Shown here piece by piece: positions 1 through 7,819 of a stretch of 46,260 nucleotides of DNA (its first letter is position 1; every line of letters starts with the position of its first letter). Both the position numbers and the translations under genes were made by a program. This stretch comes from Fidelibacterota bacterium (GTDB taxonomy: Bacteria; Fidelibacterota; Fidelibacteria; Fidelibacterales; DSDE01), in NCBI GenBank assembly GCA_046735395.1, contig JBJKQR010000031.1:1-46260 (forward strand), in the 5' to 3' direction. The notes below the pieces were generated by a model that saw only the letters and a program-made list of their open reading frames with translations, was not told the DNA's origin and searched no databases.

Positions 1-70
1 TGTCCGACATAGTATTTGTCAGTTGATTCAGAATAAATGATGTAAGTATAAAAATTTAATTCCATAAAAC

Positions 71-100
71 AAAAATCCCCGGCTTTTCAGTCGGGGATTT
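71..100 (-). terminator. Intrinsic terminator downstream of tRNA-Asp
   Basis: On the minus strand, hairpin AAATCCCCGACT-GAAA-AGCCGGGGATTT followed by a T-run, starting right after the tRNA 3' end. Confidence 0.8.
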
Positions 101-101
101 G

Positions 102-175
102 CGGGGCAGACGGGACTCGAACCCGCAACTTCCGGCGTGACAGGCCGGTGCTCTAACCAGTTGAACTACTGCTCC
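102..175 (-). tRNA. tRNA-Asp(GTC), CCA not encoded
   Basis: Reverse complement is GGAGCAGTAGTTCAACTGGTTAGAGCACCGGCCTGTCACGCCGGAAGTTGCGGGTTCGAGTCCCGTCTGCCCCG. It forms a cloverleaf with anticodon GTC, a TTCGA T-loop and discriminator G. Confidence 0.96.
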
Positions 176-193
176 GTTATCAAAAAGCGGGGT

Positions 194-222
194 ATGTTAC
201 AGGAAATTGAGGATATTGTCAA
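194..222 (-). promoter_or_regulatory. Sigma70-type promoter of tRNA-Asp
   Basis: TTGACA-17 bp-TAACAT followed by a GC-rich discriminator (ACCCCGC), just upstream of the tRNA. Confidence 0.75.
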
Positions 223-368
223 TAGAAAAAACCGTTCAATTTCGTAAAACCAGTCCTTACCCGATCATTTTTGCGATTTTTATGAAAAAACTCTTGAAAA
301 GAGTGTGATTATCCGGGATATTGTTTTTGACTGCAAAACGTCACAACCAAAAAATAGGGGGTTTTATC

Positions 369-749
369 ATGAATCGTAATTCTGCGAACCGTGTGATTTT
401 GGTAGGACATCTTGGCAACGAGGCCGAGATCCGCTACCTGAACAACGATGTGATGACGTCAAATTTCCGACTGGCGACGAATACGTCCTGGAAGAACGGC
501 AACGGGGAGTATTCGGAAAAAACGGACTGGCACAAGGTGGTTGCCTGGAAAAATCTTGCGGAGTACAGCAAGACACTGGCAAAGGGACAGATGCTGTACA
601 TTGAGGGGCATCTGCAGAGCCGGGAGTGGACCGACAAGGAGGACCAGAAACATTACATCACGGAAGTGGTGGCAGAGTCCATCACGACGCTGGGCGGCAG
701 GAAAAAGAGTACGTCCGCGCAGATGGAGGAAGAAGAATCACCCTTCTGA
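369..749 (+). CDS. ssb: Single-stranded DNA-binding protein
   Basis: NRVILVGHLG, ATN, TDWHKVVAW, YIEGHLQSREW and YITEVVA motifs; acidic C-terminus EEESPF. ATG 369 follows a GGGGG SD-like run. Confidence 0.95.
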   Translation: MNRNSANRVILVGHLGNEAEIRYLNNDVMTSNFRLATNTSWKNGNGEYSEKTDWHKVVAWKNLAEYSKTLAKGQMLYIEGHLQSREWTDKEDQKHYITEVVAESITTLGGRKKSTSAQMEEEESPF

Positions 750-2114
750 GGTGTTTAGGTTCTGACTGAGTTGCTGCTCGTGAAAAGTCATTCTCTGCCG
801 TATCCACGTAAAGGAAATGACCGAAATGATGACGCTCGAAATAATCATGGCGATCCATACCCATTGGATGCCTTTGTGCAGGAACTGAGTGAAGACGTAG
901 GCGAGCGGAGCACTCAGCAGCACCACGCGTAGGGATGTAAGGATAAGCCCCGGGACACCTTCCCCGAAACCCTGGAAGGTCCTGGCGCTTATCATCCCTA
1001 CCGTGACGAAGGGGAAGATAAAGACGATGTAGCGGACATACTGAATGGCCATGGAGAGAATCGCTTCTTCGCTGGTAAAGATGCGCAGGATCTGTGGTGC
1101 AAAGATATAAAAGAAGATTCCGAAGGAGAAGGCGATAATCATTCCGCGTTTCAGCGTATAGTACAGCGTGTTTCGGATCAGGTCAATGCGTTTCGCACCG
1201 AAGAACATGCCGCCAAGCGTAACCATGGATCCTGACAGGGCCATGATGGGCAGAAAAAAGATCTGGTCCATCCGTCCTCCCACTCCATAGGCCGCGACGG
1301 CATCGGCACCGAAGTGAACGAGAATGGCGTTGAAGATCATGCCGCCCATGGACATGATGATCATGGAGAAGGACGTGGGGATGCCGATGACCAGGATCTT
1401 GGAGATGATATCCCAGGAGAAGTGAAAATCCCGGTATTTGAAATCGATGTAACTGCCCTTCTTGATGAACAGGTAGTAGGCGAAGCAGAGTGCGACCACG
1501 GCCTGGGACAGCACCGTTGCTTCGGCGGCGCCCCTCACGCCCAGATTCAGTTTGAAAATGAAGATGGGATCCAGTATGGTATTCAGCACCGTTCCGAAAA
1601 CCTGGAAATAGATAGGAGTCCGCGTATCGCCTTCTCCGGTCATGATGCTGCGGAAAAAGACGCTCAGAATGGTGAAAACGAATCCGGTGACAATGATGCT
1701 GAAATAATCGGTGGCGATATGGATGATATGTTCTGGCGTACCGAGAAAACCAAAGATATGGTAGCGGAATATATATCCGGCGCTTGATATCAAAATAGCG
1801 ATAACCAGGCCCATGGCAACGGTATGTTCGGCCGTGTTGTCCGCCTCCTCCTTGTTCTTTGCTCCCAGAAACTGGGCGATCACGCTGGTTGCTCCGGTAC
1901 CGATTCCGAAGGTGATGCCGATGGAGAAGAAAATGAGCGGCATGTTGAAGGTCAGTGCGGCGATGGCATCTCCGCCGAGACGGCCGACGAAGATCATGTC
2001 CACGATACTGTAAATGGTCTGAATGGCCATGCCGAACATGATGGGTACGGCCAGAGTCCAGACCGCTTTTCGGGGATTCGCGATAAATATATCGACTTTA
2101 TTCTTTTTGTTCAT
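738..2114 (-). CDS. MATE family efflux transporter
   Basis: 458 aa with about 12 TM segments; motifs LAVPIM, IVDMIFVGRLG, GEGDTRTP and NTILDPIFIF...LGVRGAAEAT. Confidence 0.92.
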   Translation of the reverse strand: MNKKNKVDIFIANPRKAVWTLAVPIMFGMAIQTIYSIVDMIFVGRLGGDAIAALTFNMPLIFFSIGITFGIGTGATSVIAQFLGAKNKEEADNTAEHTVAMGLVIAILISSAGYIFRYHIFGFLGTPEHIIHIATDYFSIIVTGFVFTILSVFFRSIMTGEGDTRTPIYFQVFGTVLNTILDPIFIFKLNLGVRGAAEATVLSQAVVALCFAYYLFIKKGSYIDFKYRDFHFSWDIISKILVIGIPTSFSMIIMSMGGMIFNAILVHFGADAVAAYGVGGRMDQIFFLPIMALSGSMVTLGGMFFGAKRIDLIRNTLYYTLKRGMIIAFSFGIFFYIFAPQILRIFTSEEAILSMAIQYVRYIVFIFPFVTVGMISARTFQGFGEGVPGLILTSLRVVLLSAPLAYVFTQFLHKGIQWVWIAMIISSVIISVISFTWIRQRMTFHEQQLSQNLNTSEG

Positions 2115-3381
2115 TCCTGTTTAGTTTCCTTTTGATTCGGGTTAATCGACGAACAAGGTCCGGTCCTTCGCTGGGTTGCATTCGGGAGGGGAGACTGGTC
2201 AGAGCTTCCTCTGTGATGTCGCGTGCGCGGGTCAGGTTCCGGCACCGGTGTTCGAAATATTTGGCTAATTCGGTATAGGCGGCCAGGCAGTAAGGCCCTT
2301 CGGATCGAATGATATCCTGCCAGTGACGTGCCGCCGCATCATAGTGTTTCTGTTTTTTCAGGAGAGCGGCAAGCTCCAGTTCTACAATCTGGCGCCGCTG
2401 CCGGGACAGACTCCCCTGCAGTGCCGCCTCATAATGCTGCTGGCTGCGGCCGGTGTTGCCCCTCCGTCCGGCAAAGCGTGCCCGGGCATAATCCACCAGC
2501 GGATCCGCTGCCGCATCCTGGCTTGCATGCTGTTTCACGATTTCAATGACCAGCGCCGCCATGCTGATAATGTCATAGCGATTGTGAATGAAAACCGGTA
2601 TGAGGCGCTCTGCCTGACCGGCCCTCAGAAAATCGAAATAAATTCCGGGAATCTCTTCGCCGGGGATGTCATCCGATCGCTGAAATCCGAGAATGTCGCC
2701 TTCGAGGGTTCCCAGTTTGCAGTTTTCCAGGCTGTATTTCCATAAGGAGCGGCTGTGATGAAGAAGGTCGATGTGAAAAGGCGGACTCTCCAGTGCTTGC
2801 TGCGAATTCATAATACATCGTGAGTTCAGGAGGGGCAAGTCATAGCTTTTTCCGTTGAAGCTGACCAGAATGGGATATCGCTTTATCATAGCGCGCACTT
2901 CGTCAAGTACTGCTTCCTCGTGATTCATGGCGTCGACAAAATACTGATGAACTTCAAAGTGGTGTGTCGTGAAAAAACCAATTCCGATGAGGAAGGCGAT
3001 GGTGCCGCCCGTATTGCTGAGGCCGGTGCTTTCCGTATCAATAAACAGCGTTTGTGTCAACAGATCCTGTTCCGGCGGAATGCCGAGGATATGGGAAAGG
3101 CTGTCGCTGTCGAGCGCTCCGAACTCCCCCAGATCACAATTTCCGTAGGCGATGTTCAGCGGATGCCGGTATTCGGCCCGGAAAATATCACCCTGAAAGG
3201 TATTGATCCAGCTCCCGGGAAGGGCATCCGCAAGGGGAAAATGGTTTTTCTCCATCTCTGTCGCTGCAAAGAATTTCTGCCCGGCATCCAATTTTTCCGC
3301 GAAGCTGCTTCGATCGGCCGGCCGGCCGGTTTTTTGTCGAATACGATTCATGTCCTCAAGTCTGGACGAGAGGTTTTTCAT
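2098..3381 (-). CDS. YprB/MrfB-like RNase H-fold (DEDD) exonuclease with C-terminal TPR region
   Basis: FIDTESTGL, FNGKSYDLPLL, HIDLLH, DDIPG and HNRYD motifs, followed by helical TPR-like repeats (ELAKYFEH). Confidence 0.85.
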   Translation of the reverse strand: MKNLSSRLEDMNRIRQKTGRPADRSSFAEKLDAGQKFFAATEMEKNHFPLADALPGSWINTFQGDIFRAEYRHPLNIAYGNCDLGEFGALDSDSLSHILGIPPEQDLLTQTLFIDTESTGLSNTGGTIAFLIGIGFFTTHHFEVHQYFVDAMNHEEAVLDEVRAMIKRYPILVSFNGKSYDLPLLNSRCIMNSQQALESPPFHIDLLHHSRSLWKYSLENCKLGTLEGDILGFQRSDDIPGEEIPGIYFDFLRAGQAERLIPVFIHNRYDIISMAALVIEIVKQHASQDAAADPLVDYARARFAGRRGNTGRSQQHYEAALQGSLSRQRRQIVELELAALLKKQKHYDAAARHWQDIIRSEGPYCLAAYTELAKYFEHRCRNLTRARDITEEALTSLPSRMQPSEGPDLVRRLTRIKRKLNRNEQKE

Positions 3382-3569
3382 GGCCGGAATTTATGACAAT
3401 TTTCGGAAACTTTGGTGACCAAATCTCATTTTTATGGGATTTCCTGGCAACTGCGCCCGGGATCAATCCGTAATATGGATGCCGTTCCGGTATATTTCAG
3501 ATACGAAAAACCAGCAGCAGGCAGATTCTTTCATTTATTCGAGCCATCAGAAGAATTAAATTTGCTGCT

Positions 3570-4394
3570 GTGCAGAAGAGAGTATTTATCGTAGGCAGTT
3601 CCGGTTTTGCGGGGTCACATCTGGGGCCTTATTACCGGCGTCTGGGCCTGTCCGTCATCGACGATTCCGCGTATCTGCTGAGAACGGAGAATCAGGCTCA
3701 GCTGCAAAAAGTTCTGAGGCTCACCCGCCCCGATCTGTTGATACATGCTGCGCGTTATGATACGTCTCTGGGGCTGCCCGGTATCCGTTCTCTGCATGAG
3801 AATCTGTTTCAAAACTGTGCCGAGCTGAACATCCGGGTTCTGTATCTGTCCTGTGACCAGGTTTTCGGGGGTGTGTCCGCGCCCTATTCGGAGGATGCGC
3901 TGCCGGGAGCAGAGGCAGGAGGAGATCCTTTTCTGAAAATGTCCGAAGCTGTCATTAAATCCCGATATTCAGATCAGGTGGCACTTGTCCGAATTCCGCT
4001 TCTCTGGTCGGAAAATGTTCGGAAAGACCGTTCCGCTTCAAATTTTCTGGCTCGGGTATACGATGCTCTTGACGGCCGCCCGATTCAACTGGAAACCGGT
4101 CTCCATCGGGATTTGCTGTATTGGCGGACGATGGCGGATGCGCTGCTGAAAATAGATAGTCCGGGCGTGTACCATCTTCGGGAGGAAAACCGGCTGTCCT
4201 TATACGATACGGCGGTTGTTTTTGCCCGGGCACTCGGAGCGGAAAACTGGCTGATCAACAAACATCTCCGGCCGCTGGATGCGGATGTATTCACGGATCG
4301 TTATTATCATCTCGATGCGCAGAGAACGGAAGAACAGCTGGGGCTGAAATTTTCGGGCGGAATTCGGCGGATCAGGGATATACTGGCACCCTGA
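3570..4394 (+). CDS. RmlD-like (dTDP-4-dehydrorhamnose reductase family) NAD(P)-binding protein, divergent
   Basis: GSSGFAG Rossmann motif, PDLLIHAA, YLSCDQVFGG...PYSED, GVYHL and SLYD. The catalytic YxxxK motif is not evident. Confidence 0.7.
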   Translation: MQKRVFIVGSSGFAGSHLGPYYRRLGLSVIDDSAYLLRTENQAQLQKVLRLTRPDLLIHAARYDTSLGLPGIRSLHENLFQNCAELNIRVLYLSCDQVFGGVSAPYSEDALPGAEAGGDPFLKMSEAVIKSRYSDQVALVRIPLLWSENVRKDRSASNFLARVYDALDGRPIQLETGLHRDLLYWRTMADALLKIDSPGVYHLREENRLSLYDTAVVFARALGAENWLINKHLRPLDADVFTDRYYHLDAQRTEEQLGLKFSGGIRRIRDILAP

Positions 4395-4400
4395 TACGGT

Positions 4401-4769
4401 TCAAATGGTCTTTTTATAACGTCGATATAAATTGATAAAAAAGAAAATCGGGTCAAAGGCCCGTGACTGGTGCCGTCCGAAGCGTTTGCGGTCCGACAGC
4501 GCGATGATGGCGGCAAGCGTGTGCTTGCAGGGCTGATCCGCGGTGGGGCAATCACAGGACATCTGTATGCTGCCGTCCTCTTCCGCACGGATCTGAACCT
4601 GATAAATATTATGGTTTCGCGTTCCCTGCACGAGGATTTCGGTGCTCGCCCCGCTCTGCCGCAGAGATTTGACATAGCCGCGGCGGTAATAGGAAAAGGC
4701 CGATTTATACAGCCGAAGTGAAATCGGTTGCCTCAGAAATGGCGTGTCAATATTTATCATATCACTCAT
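4401..4769 (-). CDS. SWIM zinc-finger protein
   Basis: VQGT...YQVQI followed by CDCP-x4-PCKH (CxCx(n)CxH pattern). Confidence 0.75.
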   Translation of the reverse strand: MSDMINIDTPFLRQPISLRLYKSAFSYYRRGYVKSLRQSGASTEILVQGTRNHNIYQVQIRAEEDGSIQMSCDCPTADQPCKHTLAAIIALSDRKRFGRHQSRAFDPIFFFINLYRRYKKTI

Positions 4770-4783
4770 AGCAGTGCCCCAAT

Positions 4784-6298
4784 TTACATAAATATTTTGA
4801 GAAACAGGACAGAAATTACGGCGGCGGAGACGGTACAGATCGCGTTGACCATATCATTATCGATCATCGGGTGTCCGTGAATCTGACGCGCCGGCTGGTT
4901 ACAGTGCTGTTTTTTTTCGGTTTGCCGGCCACAGCGGCTGCATTCATACTGAGCCTGAAGTGTGGCTCCGGCGAGTGAATCGATCAGGCTGCCGAAAAAC
5001 CCGGCGGCCAGAAGCGGAAAAATAAGTGTCGCTGACAGCGCGGCACCGGGATGATTGATATTGTAGAGCCATATCCCGCCCGCGGAGATAAGCGCTGACC
5101 CGACAAGGGCCCCCGCTGTACCGGTCGGGCTGATGGCCCCGGACTGTCCCTGCGGAACCGGTTTAAAGTTTAAAATGGATCGAGGGAGGCCGCGGTTCAG
5201 AGTGCCCAGCTCGGTGGCCCAGGTGTCCGCTGTCGCGGCAGCCAGAGCGGCGAGGAATACGAGAAACCAGAGCGTTTGTCCGCTGAGATACCCGGCGACG
5301 GCGGCGGCCATGCCGACGCCTCCGTTTGCGAAGACCTGGTAAAAATCACGTTGATGCCCTTTTTCGAATACATCCCGAAGCAGCGTTTTCCGTCGGTGGC
5401 CAATGCGGCTGAACAGGCTGGATGAAAGAAAAAAGAAGGCCAGCGGGATAATCCATTCCGATCCGCCGAATCCGAATACAACGACGCCCATGACCCAGGC
5501 GGCGACGGCACCATCCACGCTCAGGGTTTTCAGTTTATATGCGCCCCAGGCAATGCCGGTGGTCAGCAGCATCCACAGCATGAGATGCAAGCGGGCATCC
5601 GGGCTTCCATTGTAGAGCATGTCCAGGATCAAGGCTGTTCCCAGTGGAACGGACAGGTTGTCCGTACCATTGTGGGATATGCTTTCCGAAATGGTGGCAA
5701 ATACGGCGGCAAACAGTGCGGACAGTGCTGCAAACGGTACGGAAACCGGCGAACCGAACAGGTCTCGGCAGACCGGCATGGCCAGAATAATTGTAATAAA
5801 GGAGACTGTAAACATGGCCAGGCTTCCCTGAACAGATTTACGGTCGCGCCAGATCTTATATTCAATGGGCTGTCTGACGGATTCTCCCACCCATCCGGCT
5901 ATCGGGTCGCCGAGAGCCATCACCAGCATGGCTGTGATCAGGATTGCCGGGTCCCGGTCCCAGAAGAATCCGACAAGCAGAGCAAAACTGACGGGGAAAT
6001 AAACCGTCCCCAGGCTGTCCCGGCGCGCTGCATGGATTCCGTCAAACAGGACACTTTTCCGGGCAAGCCAGTTTGAGAGGGTGAAAAAAGCGGCGATAGC
6101 CAGCACCGGTATTCGGTCGCTGAAAAGAAAGGGTGTGGTGATCACCAGAATACCGACCAGAATGTGAACAATCCTCCGGGTGGATGCCGGTTGAATCTTG
6201 AGAATTTTCATGACAAGATCTGCAAGCACCAGCAAAATAAAGATGACAAGGGTAAAGCCGAAAGCCAGTCCCCAGTCATTTACGAAAAAGATGTTCAT
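4784..6298 (-). CDS. Fusion of a phytol/dolichol-kinase-like domain and a DUF92 (TMEM19/VTE6-like) membrane domain
   Basis: N-half has RRIVHILVG, ALGDPIAGWVG, KSVQGS and GTDNLSVP. C-half has FFLSSS, RDFYQVFANGG, ADTWATELG, GQSGAISPTG, DSLAGATLQ and NDMVN. Confidence 0.88.
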   Translation of the reverse strand: MNIFFVNDWGLAFGFTLVIFILLVLADLVMKILKIQPASTRRIVHILVGILVITTPFLFSDRIPVLAIAAFFTLSNWLARKSVLFDGIHAARRDSLGTVYFPVSFALLVGFFWDRDPAILITAMLVMALGDPIAGWVGESVRQPIEYKIWRDRKSVQGSLAMFTVSFITIILAMPVCRDLFGSPVSVPFAALSALFAAVFATISESISHNGTDNLSVPLGTALILDMLYNGSPDARLHLMLWMLLTTGIAWGAYKLKTLSVDGAVAAWVMGVVVFGFGGSEWIIPLAFFFLSSSLFSRIGHRRKTLLRDVFEKGHQRDFYQVFANGGVGMAAAVAGYLSGQTLWFLVFLAALAAATADTWATELGTLNRGLPRSILNFKPVPQGQSGAISPTGTAGALVGSALISAGGIWLYNINHPGAALSATLIFPLLAAGFFGSLIDSLAGATLQAQYECSRCGRQTEKKQHCNQPARQIHGHPMIDNDMVNAICTVSAAVISVLFLKIFM

Positions 6299-6319
6299 TT
6301 TCCTCCGAATCAGCTCCTT

Positions 6320-6349
6320 ATTTTACTGATCCGATAAAATAAATGTCAA
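6320..6349 (-). promoter_or_regulatory. Sigma70-type promoter of the kinase-DUF92 gene
   Basis: TTGACA-18 bp-TAAAAT, followed by SD GGAGGA and ATG 6298. Confidence 0.6.
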
Positions 6350-6493
6350 GTTTTTTGATCCCTGCGTGACGGTTCCGACATGAAGAAAAAAATCATCGAT
6401 GCCGCTTTTTTCCGAATAATTGAAAAAAATATGAGTTTCCTGCGTAAATGTTTGATAATTATTCTTTTTTTTGGTCAACGAATACCCTAACTT

Positions 6494-6659
6494 TCCTGTG
6501 ATATTTGAAAATGTGACAGCGATACGACAGAGTAGTTAGAGCTGGAACAGGTAAAAAATTCATCTCGGCTGTTGAGCATCAGCCGGGGTGACCTTCTCAG
6601 GTTCCCTCCTGTGTGGAAAAATGCCGGTGTCTCCCACACCGGCATTTTTCAATTCAGGG
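6494..6659 (+). ncRNA. Candidate structured ncRNA (6S-like rod or sRNA)
   Basis: Nested pairings by eye: 6561-6571/6580-6590, AGGT/ACCT, GGAAC/GTTCC, ACAG/CTGT, and a closing CCTG..TTGAAAATGT / GCATTTTTCAA..CAGG stem. No credible ORF in the region. Confidence 0.4.
6616..6650. terminator. Perfect 15-bp hairpin, probable bidirectional terminator
   Basis: GAAAAATGCCGGTGT-CTCCC-ACACCGGCATTTTTC, 20 bp downstream of the PAP2 stop codon. Confidence 0.7.
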
Positions 6660-6670
6660 CATATTTTTTT

Positions 6671-7240
6671 TCAGGACAGACTTAAATAAAATTTATTCTT
6701 TTTTTCCAGGCGTGTTCGCAGCATAATCCAGATATAATAGAATATGAGTGCGGAAAAAATCCCGATCAATGCGCCCGCAAGGACGTCGCCCGGATAATGT
6801 TTACCCACATAAACCCGGGAATACCCGCCGGCCAGGAATGCGAGTGTAAAAAAAGTGAAGCGGCGCCGCCGGTAAAAGAGGGAGAGAAGTGTCGCTGCTG
6901 CAAAGAAGTTCGCGGCATGGTTTGACGGCATGGACCAGCGCCCTCCGCAATTCTCGAGGACTCTGACCGAATCAAGGGCATAGCAGGGGCGGACCCGGCC
7001 GATGGCGGGCTTGAGCACCCGATAGGACAGGCTGTCCGTAAAACTGATGGTAAGGACGAGAAGAACAAAGACGATGCGTCCCCGCCGTGCATTGAAGAAT
7101 AATAAATAAATTAATATGGCCGCCAACGGTACAATCCAGAAATCCCGGGATGTAATCGTAATGAAAAAGCGATCTAAATAGGGATTCGAAAGCTGTTGAT
7201 TTATAAGATGAAACAGGGAAAGATCAAGTTGGCTAAACAT
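6671..7240 (-). CDS. PAP2-family membrane phosphatase
   Basis: KxxxxRxRP (KPAIGRVRP), SMPSNH and SRVYVGKHYPGDV motifs. Confidence 0.92.
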   Translation of the reverse strand: MFSQLDLSLFHLINQQLSNPYLDRFFITITSRDFWIVPLAAILIYLLFFNARRGRIVFVLLVLTISFTDSLSYRVLKPAIGRVRPCYALDSVRVLENCGGRWSMPSNHAANFFAAATLLSLFYRRRRFTFFTLAFLAGGYSRVYVGKHYPGDVLAGALIGIFSALIFYYIWIMLRTRLEKKNKFYLSLS

Positions 7241-7242
7241 GA

Positions 7243-7710
7243 TTATTCAATAAATTTGAAGTCTCCGTCCACAGGATACTTTTCGGCGGAATTATCGTCT
7301 TCGTTCTTGTTGTCTTCTTCCTCTTCGTTCCGGCTTCTGCCGCTGGCCTCTTCCCGTGCGGACAGGTCCTTCAGGAATTTCTGAATCTTGTCCTCTTCCT
7401 GAAGAATGGTAAAGACCCCGTCCATTTTGGCCATTTTGAGGAGACTGACGGTTTTGGGGTTGGGCGCGATCAGCGTGCAGTGTCCGCCTTTGCCCTTGGT
7501 ATAGCGCCGGGCATACAGAAGTGCGCCCAGACTGTTATTGTCCTTGAGCACAACATCCTTGAACTGAAGAACGATATTCTGGATATTTTCCTCCTGAAAC
7601 AGGGCCTGCGACAGTTCTCTTTTATATTTCAGAACACCCTGAGGATCCAGAGCAATGTCCCGGGCTTCAAAGATTAGATGATCATCCAAATACGTTTTTA
7701 AAAATTCCAT
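7243..7710 (-). CDS. STAS-domain (anti-sigma antagonist-like) protein with acidic tail
   Basis: IVLQFKDVVLKDNNSLGALL...KGG..TLIAPNPKTVSLLKMAKMDGVF resembles the STAS consensus. Confidence 0.7.
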   Translation of the reverse strand: MEFLKTYLDDHLIFEARDIALDPQGVLKYKRELSQALFQEENIQNIVLQFKDVVLKDNNSLGALLYARRYTKGKGGHCTLIAPNPKTVSLLKMAKMDGVFTILQEEDKIQKFLKDLSAREEASGRSRNEEEEDNKNEDDNSAEKYPVDGDFKFIE

Positions 7711-7819
7711 AAAAATATCCCGACTTTCCGTTTTTTCTTTACCGGAATATATTAAGAATATTTATTTTATCCAAAAAGATTGCCTTTAATTTTTCAATTG
7801 AAGAGGTAGCCGGGGAAGA

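Noticed and set aside
1..101. Prophage or island integrated at tRNA-Asp
   Set aside because: Only 100 bp of downstream sequence is visible, and the window has no duplicate of the tRNA 3' end and no integrase.
6350..6615. CsrB-like GGA-repeat sRNA on the minus strand
   Set aside because: A few CAGGA motifs exist, but they are not in regular hairpin loops and there is no clear minus-strand terminator.
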